From an uncultured virus (IMG/VR IMGVR_UViG_3300021164_000915) (Duplodnaviria; Heunggongvirae; Uroviricota; Caudoviricetes): DNA of 64,000 nt. The notes beneath the pieces were generated by a model that worked only from the letters and a program-made list of their open reading frames with translations, was not told the origin of the DNA and did not search any database. How positions within the stretch are numbered: the first letter of the stretch is position 1; each line of letters begins with the position of its first letter. The stretch lies in IMG/VR virus record IMGVR_UViG_3300021164_000915. One strand, 5' to 3'. Below are positions 9,696 to 18,990 of the stretch, piece after piece. Made by a program: the position numbers and the translations under genes.

Positions 9696-10373
9696 ATGAA
9701 ACCAGCAAACGCAGACATGAAATTACACGCTCCAAAATCAATAACCCCTTCTGGATTTTATGGAAATTCTTCTGACAATATAGTAGAGTTAGAAAACTTC
9801 CTGACACCAGAAGAAAGAGAACGACTAATAAATTTTGCTTTAACTAATAAAATATGGGATCACACAGAGACTCATGTTGATGAAGATGGCCTAGTGCTGT
9901 ATGATGCCAATATATGGAAAGATAGAGTTTGCACATACTTTTCTTTAATGGAATCAGACCCAACAATACTTGATTTAATTAATAGTATGATTGCAAGACT
10001 TAAAGTAGAAGTTGATAAGTTTTTTGACGTAGACGCAAAAGAAACAGGCCCAGCAATTGTAAGATGGCCAGTTGGAGCAAGACAAGAACCACACGCAGAT
10101 AAAGAATTCCATACTGGAATTGAAAGAGGAAGGGCTAACGATTTCCCTCACTACGATCTAGCAGGTCTATTTTATTTTAACGATGACTATGAAGGCGGAG
10201 AACTGTATTTCCCACAACACGGTATAGAGTTTAAGCCAAAAGCAGGGGCAGCATATTTTTTCCCTGGAGACATGTATTACACACACGGAGTAAGACCAGT
10301 AAAGTCTGGCAATAGATTTACATCTCCATTTTTTTGGACGATTATGAGACACACAGGAGAAAGACAGCCATGA
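9696..10373 (+). CDS. 2OG-Fe(II) oxygenase
   Basis: RWPVG..QEPHAD..YFNDDYEGGELYF..HGV..V.SGNRFT. Confidence 0.85.
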   Translation: MKPANADMKLHAPKSITPSGFYGNSSDNIVELENFLTPEERERLINFALTNKIWDHTETHVDEDGLVLYDANIWKDRVCTYFSLMESDPTILDLINSMIARLKVEVDKFFDVDAKETGPAIVRWPVGARQEPHADKEFHTGIERGRANDFPHYDLAGLFYFNDDYEGGELYFPQHGIEFKPKAGAAYFFPGDMYYTHGVRPVKSGNRFTSPFFWTIMRHTGERQP

Positions 10374-11194
10374 GCAATTTAGAATATGTAGAATTATATC
10401 CAAGAGTAGACGTTTACAGAAATGTTTTGTCTGATCCGCAGAAGCTTTATGAAACAATGAAAAAGTCTGAGCAGACCTCAGAAGGAAAACATTATTTGAG
10501 ATCGTGGGATCCTTGGGCTCATTTTGGAACTTACTCACAAATAAAAGATCCTGCCGAAACAAAAGATATTGCTGAAGATGCAATGTTTATTGAAGAAAAA
10601 GATTTTGCTCGTCAAGTACAAGAAGCGTACGATCTAGTTTTGAACGATTATATTAAAAGACATGAAATAGAACTTAAGCCAGGATGGCATTTTAGCGGAT
10701 GCTCTTTTTCTAAATACAGAGATCAGATAGATGTCATGAATAACAAAATGACAATGCAATATCACACTGATTTTATTATATCTGAAAGAGATATGCCTGG
10801 TTCAAAATTTCAATTGACCTGTACCATGTACATAAACGATGACTATCAAGGTGGAGACATCGAATTTTTTGTTGATGGTAATTTAGTTAATCATAAGCCG
10901 CAAGCGGGAGACATTCTTGTCTTCCCGTCAGACGCACCATATTTTCATGGAGTAAAGACTATTCATGGTGGAGAAAAGTTCTTTGTTAGAAACTTTGTAA
11001 TGTATCCTTACGACGGACATCCTGACTGGCTTGCAAAGCAAAAGCAAATGGGTGCAGCAAACTGGATGAAAAAAGAATTTAAAAGATTAGAGCACGATAA
11101 TCCTAGAAATATGAGATATCTGCAGGACGGAATTCCAACAGAGTATGATGATCTGATTGGAAATAAAGATGGCCCAGACGAGGCAACACAATGA
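10370..11194 (+). CDS. 2OG-Fe(II) oxygenase
   Basis: MQYHTD..YINDDYQGGDIEF..VFPS..HGV; ATGA overlap start at 10370. Confidence 0.85.
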   Translation: MSNLEYVELYPRVDVYRNVLSDPQKLYETMKKSEQTSEGKHYLRSWDPWAHFGTYSQIKDPAETKDIAEDAMFIEEKDFARQVQEAYDLVLNDYIKRHEIELKPGWHFSGCSFSKYRDQIDVMNNKMTMQYHTDFIISERDMPGSKFQLTCTMYINDDYQGGDIEFFVDGNLVNHKPQAGDILVFPSDAPYFHGVKTIHGGEKFFVRNFVMYPYDGHPDWLAKQKQMGAANWMKKEFKRLEHDNPRNMRYLQDGIPTEYDDLIGNKDGPDEATQ

Positions 11195-11949
11195 AGCTAA
11201 CAAAGTTAACAGAAGACATTTATCTTTATGAAGAGTATATAACAAAAGAAGAGTGCTCATCAGTCATTGGGCTGTTAAATAAGCTTGAGCAAAATGAAGA
11301 AGGCTACTGGAAAGGAATATCTTTCTATGAGTCATCCTCTGCAAGATATCCGTATGATGGGGAGCCTATCTTGCAAGAGTTTAATCTTAGCCCAACTTGG
11401 TTTACTGATTTAAAAAATCGCTTTAGACAATCGGCTGCAGATGTGGCAAATAAATCATTTGAAGATATGTCACAAATTAGCTTCCACGTTCAGAGATGGC
11501 TCCCAGGAGCATTTGCACCCAAGCACTCAGACAATAGCGATCACGAAGGAAATATGGGTGCATTTACAAGAAGTAGATACGCTGGGTTCCTTTATTTAAA
11601 TGACGACTTTGAAGGCGGTACTTTAAAGTTTGATGCAAAGCACGGAGAGATTCCTTTGGAAATTGTTCCAAAAGCTGGTTCATTTTTAATATTCCACGGT
11701 GGCCACAAGAACATGCACGAAGTTACAGTTGTTAAAAAAGCTGCAAGATATACACTTGGATCTTTTTGGGACGACAGAGAAGAATCAGACTACCCAGAAG
11801 ATGTAAGAGCCGCTTGGGCAGCAGAGTTGGCTGGAGTAAGAGAAATGCAAAAGGGCGAGCAAGAAGGATGGAAAGATATAAGAGACAGAGGTCTAAGACT
11901 ATCCCCAGACGGAGCCACAATACCTGCATCAGAAGTAGAGGGAAATTAA
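11191..11949 (+). CDS. 2OG-Fe(II) oxygenase
   Basis: RWLPG..KHSD..YLNDDFEGG..HEV....ARYT. Confidence 0.85.
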   Translation: MKLTKLTEDIYLYEEYITKEECSSVIGLLNKLEQNEEGYWKGISFYESSSARYPYDGEPILQEFNLSPTWFTDLKNRFRQSAADVANKSFEDMSQISFHVQRWLPGAFAPKHSDNSDHEGNMGAFTRSRYAGFLYLNDDFEGGTLKFDAKHGEIPLEIVPKAGSFLIFHGGHKNMHEVTVVKKAARYTLGSFWDDREESDYPEDVRAAWAAELAGVREMQKGEQEGWKDIRDRGLRLSPDGATIPASEVEGN

Positions 11950-12611
11950 TGAGTAGCCAAGACTTCAATCCAGAAGATATGTATCATATGTTTATATTAA
12001 AACAGTTATCGAGCAACATTTGGTATTTTAAAAATGTTATCAGCTATCCAAAAGAATTGCTAGAGTTTATTAATGAAGTCGACCTTGATGAAAGAAGCCA
12101 CGGCGTCATATCTAAATGGAGTCCTTGGATAGCAAGCAACAACCCAGAAGTTGTATACGGCGAAAACAAAAATATAATAACAAAGAATGTTAAAAATAAA
12201 ATTGACAATGGAAGACTAGATCAAAAAATACTATACATTAAGAATAGCCTTGAGATGGCATTTGAGATGTGTCTAAATCAATACCTGTCCAATCACAATC
12301 TAGATCCATCAAAGTATACATTAATGACAGACGAGATTCCAGTAAGAAGATGGACAGGGCCAGGAATGGGACCTCATTGCGATAACTATGACGGAGATAG
12401 CGACCTTGCATTTTCTATGATATCTTATCTAAACTCAGATTATGAGGGTGGGGAAATTGAGTTTCCAAATCACGGCATATCAATAAAACCAGAAGAAGGA
12501 AGCCTTCTTATTTTCCCAAGCCACGAACCATACTTACATAAAGTTAATGATGTAAGATCTGGAGATAGATACACTTCACATCTGTCTGTGTATAATAGCA
12601 AGGTGGTATAA
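11949..12611 (+). CDS. 2OG-Fe(II) oxygenase
   Basis: MGPHCD..YLNSDYEGGEIEF..IFPS..H.V..V.SGDRY; start at TAATG overlap 11949. Confidence 0.85.
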   Translation: MSSQDFNPEDMYHMFILKQLSSNIWYFKNVISYPKELLEFINEVDLDERSHGVISKWSPWIASNNPEVVYGENKNIITKNVKNKIDNGRLDQKILYIKNSLEMAFEMCLNQYLSNHNLDPSKYTLMTDEIPVRRWTGPGMGPHCDNYDGDSDLAFSMISYLNSDYEGGEIEFPNHGISIKPEEGSLLIFPSHEPYLHKVNDVRSGDRYTSHLSVYNSKVV

Positions 12612-12618
12612 TTAAAAA

Positions 12619-13749
12619 ATGGCAACTACAGGCGTTAATGGATGGCGTTTCCCAACCTACACAGACTCACCAGATGTACCTAGAGATTTAGGTGCCCTGG
12701 GTACAGACATTGCTGCATTTATTGCAGCTAACCCTGGACCACAAGGACCAGCTGGTCCATCAAACGTAATAACAGTTGCTGCGACAAATACAATTAATCC
12801 TGGACAAAGTGCCTCAGTAACAATTAGCGGAACAGCCCCATCTCAATCATTAACATTTAATATCCCAAGAGGCGTAGACGGTGTTCTTGGAGGCCCAGGA
12901 CCAGCAAACGTATTAAGTGTTGGAACCGTAGCAGCAGGTAATGCTGGTACACAGCCAATTGTAACAATAACTGGAACCGCTCCTTCACAAACAATTAATT
13001 TTACGATTCCTCGTGGAGACACGGGGCTAACTGGCGAAACAGGATTACCAGGGGCTACTGGACCTAAAGGTGATGCGGCAGCAACGATAACAGTTTCTCC
13101 AACAGTTACAACGTCAGCTGCAGGAACTAATGCGGTAGTAACAAATTCTGGAACATCAAGCGATGTTGTTTTAAACTTTACAATACCCCGTGGTGCTGAC
13201 GGTGCAGCGGGAGCAACTGGACCAGCAGGACCAGCTGGAACAAATGCAAACATAGATCCTATTGCTACAAGAATTTCATTAAATTACGCAGCGACAGATA
13301 TTTCCCCAGTAGGAGTAAATTCAAACTGGTTTCCTTTAACCACAAATCTTTATTCGTTAGGTCTAATGGGCCCATTGAATCCACCTGGAGACCAGCGCAC
13401 AACAAGAGGCTGGAAGAACATATATTTAAATTCCGCAGCCACAGTGATATCTGATGCACGAACAAAAGAAAACATAATAACGTCAGACCTCGGTTTAGAT
13501 TTTATAAACAATCTTCATCCAGTTAAGTATAATAAGATAGAGGGAAATAGAACGCATTATGGCTTAATCGCACAAGAAGTTAAATCTGTATTAGATGCTG
13601 CTGGCGTTGCAGACTTTGGCGGATGGGTAATATCGGATGTCGCTGACCCAGAGGGCCAGCAAGCATTAAGATATGAAGAATTTATTTCGCCATTAATTAA
13701 AGCGGTACAAGAACTTACAGCGAGAGTAAAAGCAATAGAAGAGGCGTAA
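12619..13749 (+). CDS. Collagen-like fibre protein with C-terminal intramolecular chaperone (peptidase S74-like)
   Basis: Gly-X-Y runs, three F[TN]IPRG repeats, SDARTKENI..GLIAQEV..LIKAVQEL chaperone motif. Confidence 0.8.
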   Translation: MATTGVNGWRFPTYTDSPDVPRDLGALGTDIAAFIAANPGPQGPAGPSNVITVAATNTINPGQSASVTISGTAPSQSLTFNIPRGVDGVLGGPGPANVLSVGTVAAGNAGTQPIVTITGTAPSQTINFTIPRGDTGLTGETGLPGATGPKGDAAATITVSPTVTTSAAGTNAVVTNSGTSSDVVLNFTIPRGADGAAGATGPAGPAGTNANIDPIATRISLNYAATDISPVGVNSNWFPLTTNLYSLGLMGPLNPPGDQRTTRGWKNIYLNSAATVISDARTKENIITSDLGLDFINNLHPVKYNKIEGNRTHYGLIAQEVKSVLDAAGVADFGGWVISDVADPEGQQALRYEEFISPLIKAVQELTARVKAIEEA

Positions 13750-13752
13750 GAC

Positions 13753-15576
13753 ATGTCATACAAATATACAGTCTTACAAGATAAGCCAACGTCATTTTAC
13801 CTTTTGGATGAAGTAAGATCAGGCACCGTAGGTTCATATGACAGCATGAGATCAATATTTGCAACATACGCAGATCTTAGAGACAATGGAGTTTCCTACT
13901 CAGCTTTGAGCGGTTTGCCAATGTATGATTACTCTGGCAATGGGCTTAACGGATACGCTATAAACTCTTCTAATTTAGAGTTGATGCCATTAATTTCAGG
14001 AGGAGTCAGAGGAACAACAATACTTTCTGACACTGTATTAAATTTTAATTCAGAAGGAATAGCAACAAAATACTATGCGGATGATTCCTTTACAATAGAG
14101 GCCTGGTGCCTAATATCCGACTCAAGCTCTCTAATTAAAATTGTTGGAGACAGCAGAACAGTTGGTAGTCAGGTTCAAAACATAGGTCTGTTTCATAAAA
14201 ATAGCAACATTATGTTTATAGTCGGAGACTACATAGCAGAGTATCCAGTAACAACCACAGAGTCTTTACATATAGCTGGATGTTTCGATGGGGAATCTAT
14301 ATCTTTATATGTTAATGGAGAAATGGTTGATAAAGTTTCTGTAGATAAATATAGATTTACCAATACCTCTGTTTTTTTTCAAACAGGACCATCTCCAGAA
14401 TTAATGATTATTGATTGTGTAGCATTTTATAAGTTTAGCCTGCCAGCACAAAATATCAAAAAACATTATGAAGAAGGCATTAATGAATTAAGTATCTCTC
14501 AAATTGTAAACACAAGCGGTGGACGCCTATTTAGTATGAATGTCAACCCAATAAAACCTAAATTTCAATACTCATACCCTTTATCTAAATCTTGGGATTC
14601 TGTAATTGGAGACGGGATTTCAATATCGGATGACAAGTCTTATATATATATTAAAGAAACAGAAGTTGCAGGCACCGCATCATATTCTTTTACTGATTAT
14701 TTCAATGTTCCAAAATTCTTAGGTATAGACACATCTCAGATATACTGGTCTGAAGATGTAAAAGGCATTTTGGTTGAAGTAAGTAAAGATAATGAGTCAT
14801 GGCTAACTTGTACAAATGGATCAGCACTTCCATATTTCAATAAAAATCAAAATCAAACATCTGATTTTCTTTACATAAGGGTTACCCTAAGCTCCTCAGA
14901 CACTAGAAAATATTTGCCTGTATTAAGATACATAAACATCATGTTCTTTAAATCTAAAACACTGTACAGCGATAATACTGGATCCTATATAAATTCAGAT
15001 TATGACTACTCCTTACCAGAGTACAATAGCAGAACTCTTTCTTATAATAAAAATAATGGATTGAAAATGTATAATGGCCACGGATTTAAAATTAATGCTG
15101 CCCCACCCACACGCTCAGTAGAAATGATATTTACTCCAGCCCCAGGGCAAAATGTCCTTGTTTCTGCCCCATCAAAAATATACGAGTGGTCTCAGTCTGG
15201 GGCAATAACAAAGTCTGGCGTATCCTCCATATATGTTAATGGAATAGACCGAACCTTAGAAACAAATGTCTGGGCTTTTCTGTCGTATAACGTCCCCCAT
15301 CACATAGTTATTAATTTTTCCTCTGAGGCAACAGGACTTATGTTTAATCAAAATCAGGCAGACACCAAGTCAGGACTAGGGTCTATGTATAACAACTTGG
15401 CCCTATACCCAAATCAATTAAATGAGGCTACGGCTGACCTACACTATTTGATGTACACTGGAAATATAATCAATACCGTGTCAGATTCTTTTGTCAGGGT
15501 TTTAGAGTCCAGCTCAGGTAATAACAGCACCCCGTTTGTTATTACATCTATCGAGCCGCAGTCAATAATTGTTTAA
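13753..15576 (+). CDS. LamG/concanavalin-A-like virion protein
   Basis: FTIEAW..HIAGCFDGESISLYVNG..IDCVAFY pattern. Confidence 0.65.
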   Translation: MSYKYTVLQDKPTSFYLLDEVRSGTVGSYDSMRSIFATYADLRDNGVSYSALSGLPMYDYSGNGLNGYAINSSNLELMPLISGGVRGTTILSDTVLNFNSEGIATKYYADDSFTIEAWCLISDSSSLIKIVGDSRTVGSQVQNIGLFHKNSNIMFIVGDYIAEYPVTTTESLHIAGCFDGESISLYVNGEMVDKVSVDKYRFTNTSVFFQTGPSPELMIIDCVAFYKFSLPAQNIKKHYEEGINELSISQIVNTSGGRLFSMNVNPIKPKFQYSYPLSKSWDSVIGDGISISDDKSYIYIKETEVAGTASYSFTDYFNVPKFLGIDTSQIYWSEDVKGILVEVSKDNESWLTCTNGSALPYFNKNQNQTSDFLYIRVTLSSSDTRKYLPVLRYINIMFFKSKTLYSDNTGSYINSDYDYSLPEYNSRTLSYNKNNGLKMYNGHGFKINAAPPTRSVEMIFTPAPGQNVLVSAPSKIYEWSQSGAITKSGVSSIYVNGIDRTLETNVWAFLSYNVPHHIVINFSSEATGLMFNQNQADTKSGLGSMYNNLALYPNQLNEATADLHYLMYTGNIINTVSDSFVRVLESSSGNNSTPFVITSIEPQSIIV

Positions 15577-15638
15577 TTTTTGTAATATATTGCACCAAAT
15601 CTAGACTTTGACACTAATTAATGGTATGATTATGGTCT

Positions 15639-15977
15639 ATGGATATCTTAAATAAAAATACCAGGATTGTTGAAGAGACAACCCTAGGAATCTATGTCTG
15701 GGAAATGCCTGATGGCAGATGGATTGGAGATGACGATGGAAATTTTCTTTCGATCACGTCAATCAAAGGAAACAGATCCAGAATCGATGCTCTGGCTAGA
15801 GAGGTTCGTTCATACGGTATTCACGAGGGCCAGCCTAAATTTCTTTCTGGAAGAAGAAAGATTAACGACGAAGAGCTTGAAGAGCAAGAACAAAGACTTA
15901 GATGGGGACTCCCCCCAGATCCATACGACATAGGAGTTTATAAAGACTCCGTATCAAGAGGCGGTAAAGTACAATGA
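15639..15977 (+). CDS. Hypothetical phage protein upstream of portal
   Basis: ORF with promoter-like TAGACT-N17-TATGAT upstream; ATGA overlap with portal. Confidence 0.65.
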   Translation: MDILNKNTRIVEETTLGIYVWEMPDGRWIGDDDGNFLSITSIKGNRSRIDALAREVRSYGIHEGQPKFLSGRRKINDEELEEQEQRLRWGLPPDPYDIGVYKDSVSRGGKVQ

Positions 15978-17563
15978 CACGTAATATAGAAGTTTTAGAA
16001 GACGACAGCTCTTCCAATACAATTGACATTTCAAATACATCTGATTGGTTTCATTTTCAAAAAGCAGAAGAGTCAGAAGACCCATTTAAAATGGGCTTAG
16101 AAGAAATTAAAAAACTTAGAGGACTTGGAACAAACTTTAAGCGCAAAATTAATCGTGATTTTTCAAAGGCTTTTGTAGGAGTCGACAGCGCAGGAACACA
16201 ACAAAACCTTTTGCAGCAAGCAATTAGCGGATATGCTTTATTTGACCTTGTCGAGCCAACTTATAATTTAGAATATCTTTCAAAAATATATGAAGTTTCA
16301 ACATACAATTACGCAGCAATTAATGCAAAGGTTTCTAATATTGTTGGTCTAGGATATATGTTTACTGAGACATCAAAAGCAAAAGATGCAATGGATGCCA
16401 TAACCGATCAAAAGCAGGTCGACAGAGCACGTGCAAAAATTGATAGAATTAAAACACAGCTAGACCGATGGCTTGATGACTGCAACGAAGAGGAGTCATT
16501 TACAGAAACCCTCATAAAGGCCTACACGGACCTTGAGGCTACTGGAAACGGCTACATAGAGATTGGACGTACAACTGCTGGAGACATAGGCTACATAGGC
16601 CACATACCAGCCAAGACAATGCGTGTACGCAGATTCCGTGATGGATTTATTCAATTGCTTTATGGCAAGGCAGTTTACTTCCGCAATTTTGGAGACCTTG
16701 AAACACCAAGCCCAATTGCTGGTCAAGAAGATCGACCAAATGAGATTATACATTTAAAGAAATACACTCCAATGAATAATTACTACGGAGTCCCAGACAT
16801 TATTGCAGCACAGCAAGCGCTGGCAGGAAATGAATTTGCTGGCAGATACAACTTAGACTACTTTGAAAACAAGGCGGTCCCAAGATATATTATTACAGTA
16901 AAGGGAGCAAAACTTTCACCAGAGTCAGAAAGAAAATTGCTTGAGTTTTTCCAGGTTGGACTAAAAGGCAAGAATCATAGATCCTTGTACATACCCCTTC
17001 CAGCAGACACACCAGACTCAAAAACAGAATTTAAGATGGAGCCAATTGAAGCAGGAGAGCAAGAGTCTTCATTTAATATTTATCGTAAGTCTAATAGAGA
17101 TGAAATTCTTTTGGCTCACCGTGTTCCAATTAGCAAGATAGGTATCCCAGAGGGGATTAACCTAGCAGCTGCCAGAGATGCGGACAAGACATTTAAAGAG
17201 CAGGTTTGTCGACCTTCACAGGATAGACTTGAGAAGAAATTAAATTATTTAATTGCAGAAAAGACAGATGTTGTACAATTAAAATTCAACGAGCTTAGTC
17301 TTACTGATGAAGAGACCCAAAGCCGTATTGATGAAATTTATTTAAGAATGCAGGTAATAACTCCAAACGAAGTTCGTATTAGAAAGAATATGACAACGGT
17401 TGACGGCGGGGACGAAATGGTAGATTTAAAGCCACAGCAGGTGGCTGACCAGAAAGCAAAAGCCACTGGAAATAAAAAGCGAGATCAGCAAAGATCAGCC
17501 AATGCCCCAGATAAAAGCGGAGAGGCCAGAAACCCCAAGGGCGATGGTCCAAAAGTCAAATAA
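15974..17563 (+). CDS. Portal protein
   Basis: GNGYIEI, EIIHLK..YYGVP, YFENKAVP, ITPNEVR motifs; position before protease and capsid. Confidence 0.9.
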   Translation: MTRNIEVLEDDSSSNTIDISNTSDWFHFQKAEESEDPFKMGLEEIKKLRGLGTNFKRKINRDFSKAFVGVDSAGTQQNLLQQAISGYALFDLVEPTYNLEYLSKIYEVSTYNYAAINAKVSNIVGLGYMFTETSKAKDAMDAITDQKQVDRARAKIDRIKTQLDRWLDDCNEEESFTETLIKAYTDLEATGNGYIEIGRTTAGDIGYIGHIPAKTMRVRRFRDGFIQLLYGKAVYFRNFGDLETPSPIAGQEDRPNEIIHLKKYTPMNNYYGVPDIIAAQQALAGNEFAGRYNLDYFENKAVPRYIITVKGAKLSPESERKLLEFFQVGLKGKNHRSLYIPLPADTPDSKTEFKMEPIEAGEQESSFNIYRKSNRDEILLAHRVPISKIGIPEGINLAAARDADKTFKEQVCRPSQDRLEKKLNYLIAEKTDVVQLKFNELSLTDEETQSRIDEIYLRMQVITPNEVRIRKNMTTVDGGDEMVDLKPQQVADQKAKATGNKKRDQQRSANAPDKSGEARNPKGDGPKVK

Positions 17564-17580
17564 GTTTAATCAACTGTTAT

Positions 17581-17609
17581 TTGCGTTATAGTAGATAAAC
17601 CACTAAAAT
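17581..17609 (+). promoter_or_regulatory. Sigma70-type promoter TTGCGT-N17-TAAAAT
   Basis: The same hexamer pair and spacing recur at 23255-23283. Confidence 0.65.
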
Positions 17610-17616
17610 TAAGCAT

Positions 17617-18969
17617 ATGAACATTGAAAAAGGCCATTGGTCTAGTAATGGCGAAAATCTACATTTGTCGATTCCGTTTACTAAGGTCAATCGAGAAAAT
17701 AGAACTGTATCTGGTTTTGCAACATTAGACAATGTTGACCAGACAGGCGATGTAGTCACAGCAGAAGCAAGCGTAAAAGCTTTTGAAAACTTCAGAGGAA
17801 ATCTCCGTGAGATGCATCAGTCGAATGCAGTAGGTAAAGTTGTTTCATTCAAACCAGAAACCTACTACGATCAAAAGTCTCAAACTTTTTACAATGGCGT
17901 CTATGTAACTTCATACATTTCAAAGGGTGCACAAGATACTTGGGAAAAAGTTCTTGATGGCACTCTTTCTGGTTTTTCAATCGGCGGAAAGATTAAAGAG
18001 TCAGACAACGAAGTTAACAAGGCAACAGGAGAAGCAGTTAGATTTATCAAGGATTACGATCTAGTTGAGCTTTCAATTGTTGACTCACCAGCAAACGAGC
18101 TATGTAATATTTTGTCAATCGAAAAGGTTAACGGACAAATGATTTACAAAGGCCTTGCTGCAAATGTAGTAACAGAAAATATTTTTTATTGTGAAGACAG
18201 CGACTCAGTGTTTATGTCTACAGAAAAAACTTTTGATTCACCCATATCTGGAAAACCAGCTGCGCTAATCGGTTGGGTAGAAAGCTCAGATATTAACAAA
18301 TCAAAAGAGATAGATAAGATTCTTGCTTCATTCAAGAAGTCAAGATTACCGTTGCCTGAAACACAATTAGCAAAACAGGCAAACGTAGAAGGAGGTAATA
18401 AAATGTCAGATACAAACATTGATAATGTTGAAAAAGCTTTAACAGCAGAAGCAACAATCGAATCAACTGAAGCCGTAGCCGTAGAAGCTCCAGCAGCAGA
18501 TGAAGCAAATGTCGATCTTTTTGACAAATCATCCGACGTTGCAGAAGTTGCAACTGAAGAAGCCTCTGCCGACAACGTTGAAAAAGCAGCCGATACAGTA
18601 GAAGTTATGGTTGATGAACCTGATTTTGCAAAAATGTTAGGCGATCTAAAAGGCTTTTTCGCAGAGACACTCACAAAAGCTACAGAAGCAAATGCTGCAC
18701 AAGTTACAGAAATTAAAACATCTGTAGAAGCTTTCAGCAAAAGCGTCGACGATAGAATTTCTGAGTTGGCAGAAAAGCACAGCGCACTTAGTGCTGCTGT
18801 GACAGAAATAAAGAGCACCATTGATGGTGTTCAAAAGCAGGTTGATGCCGTAGAAGGCGATACCGCAATTAAGAAGTCCTCTGACCTTGGCGGGTCTGAG
18901 GTGTTTACCAAATCCAAATCAAAATGGTCAGGAGCTTTCCTCGGTTCCGTAAATGAAATCTTTAACTAA
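17617..18969 (+). CDS. Prohead (capsid maturation) protease fused to scaffold
   Basis: HK97-type motifs LREMH, GFSIGG, ELSIVDSPAN; acidic/coiled-coil C-terminal half. Confidence 0.85.
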   Translation: MNIEKGHWSSNGENLHLSIPFTKVNRENRTVSGFATLDNVDQTGDVVTAEASVKAFENFRGNLREMHQSNAVGKVVSFKPETYYDQKSQTFYNGVYVTSYISKGAQDTWEKVLDGTLSGFSIGGKIKESDNEVNKATGEAVRFIKDYDLVELSIVDSPANELCNILSIEKVNGQMIYKGLAANVVTENIFYCEDSDSVFMSTEKTFDSPISGKPAALIGWVESSDINKSKEIDKILASFKKSRLPLPETQLAKQANVEGGNKMSDTNIDNVEKALTAEATIESTEAVAVEAPAADEANVDLFDKSSDVAEVATEEASADNVEKAADTVEVMVDEPDFAKMLGDLKGFFAETLTKATEANAAQVTEIKTSVEAFSKSVDDRISELAEKHSALSAAVTEIKSTIDGVQKQVDAVEGDTAIKKSSDLGGSEVFTKSKSKWSGAFLGSVNEIFN

Positions 18970-18990
18970 AATAAGGTAGGTGAAATAAAA

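Noticed and set aside
11766..11948. Long N-terminal extension of the last clustered oxygenase (and similar extensions at 10334, 50378, 52396, 59363, 61449)
   Set aside because: The extensions overlap upstream genes; downstream ATGs with stop/start coupling or an RBS are more plausible
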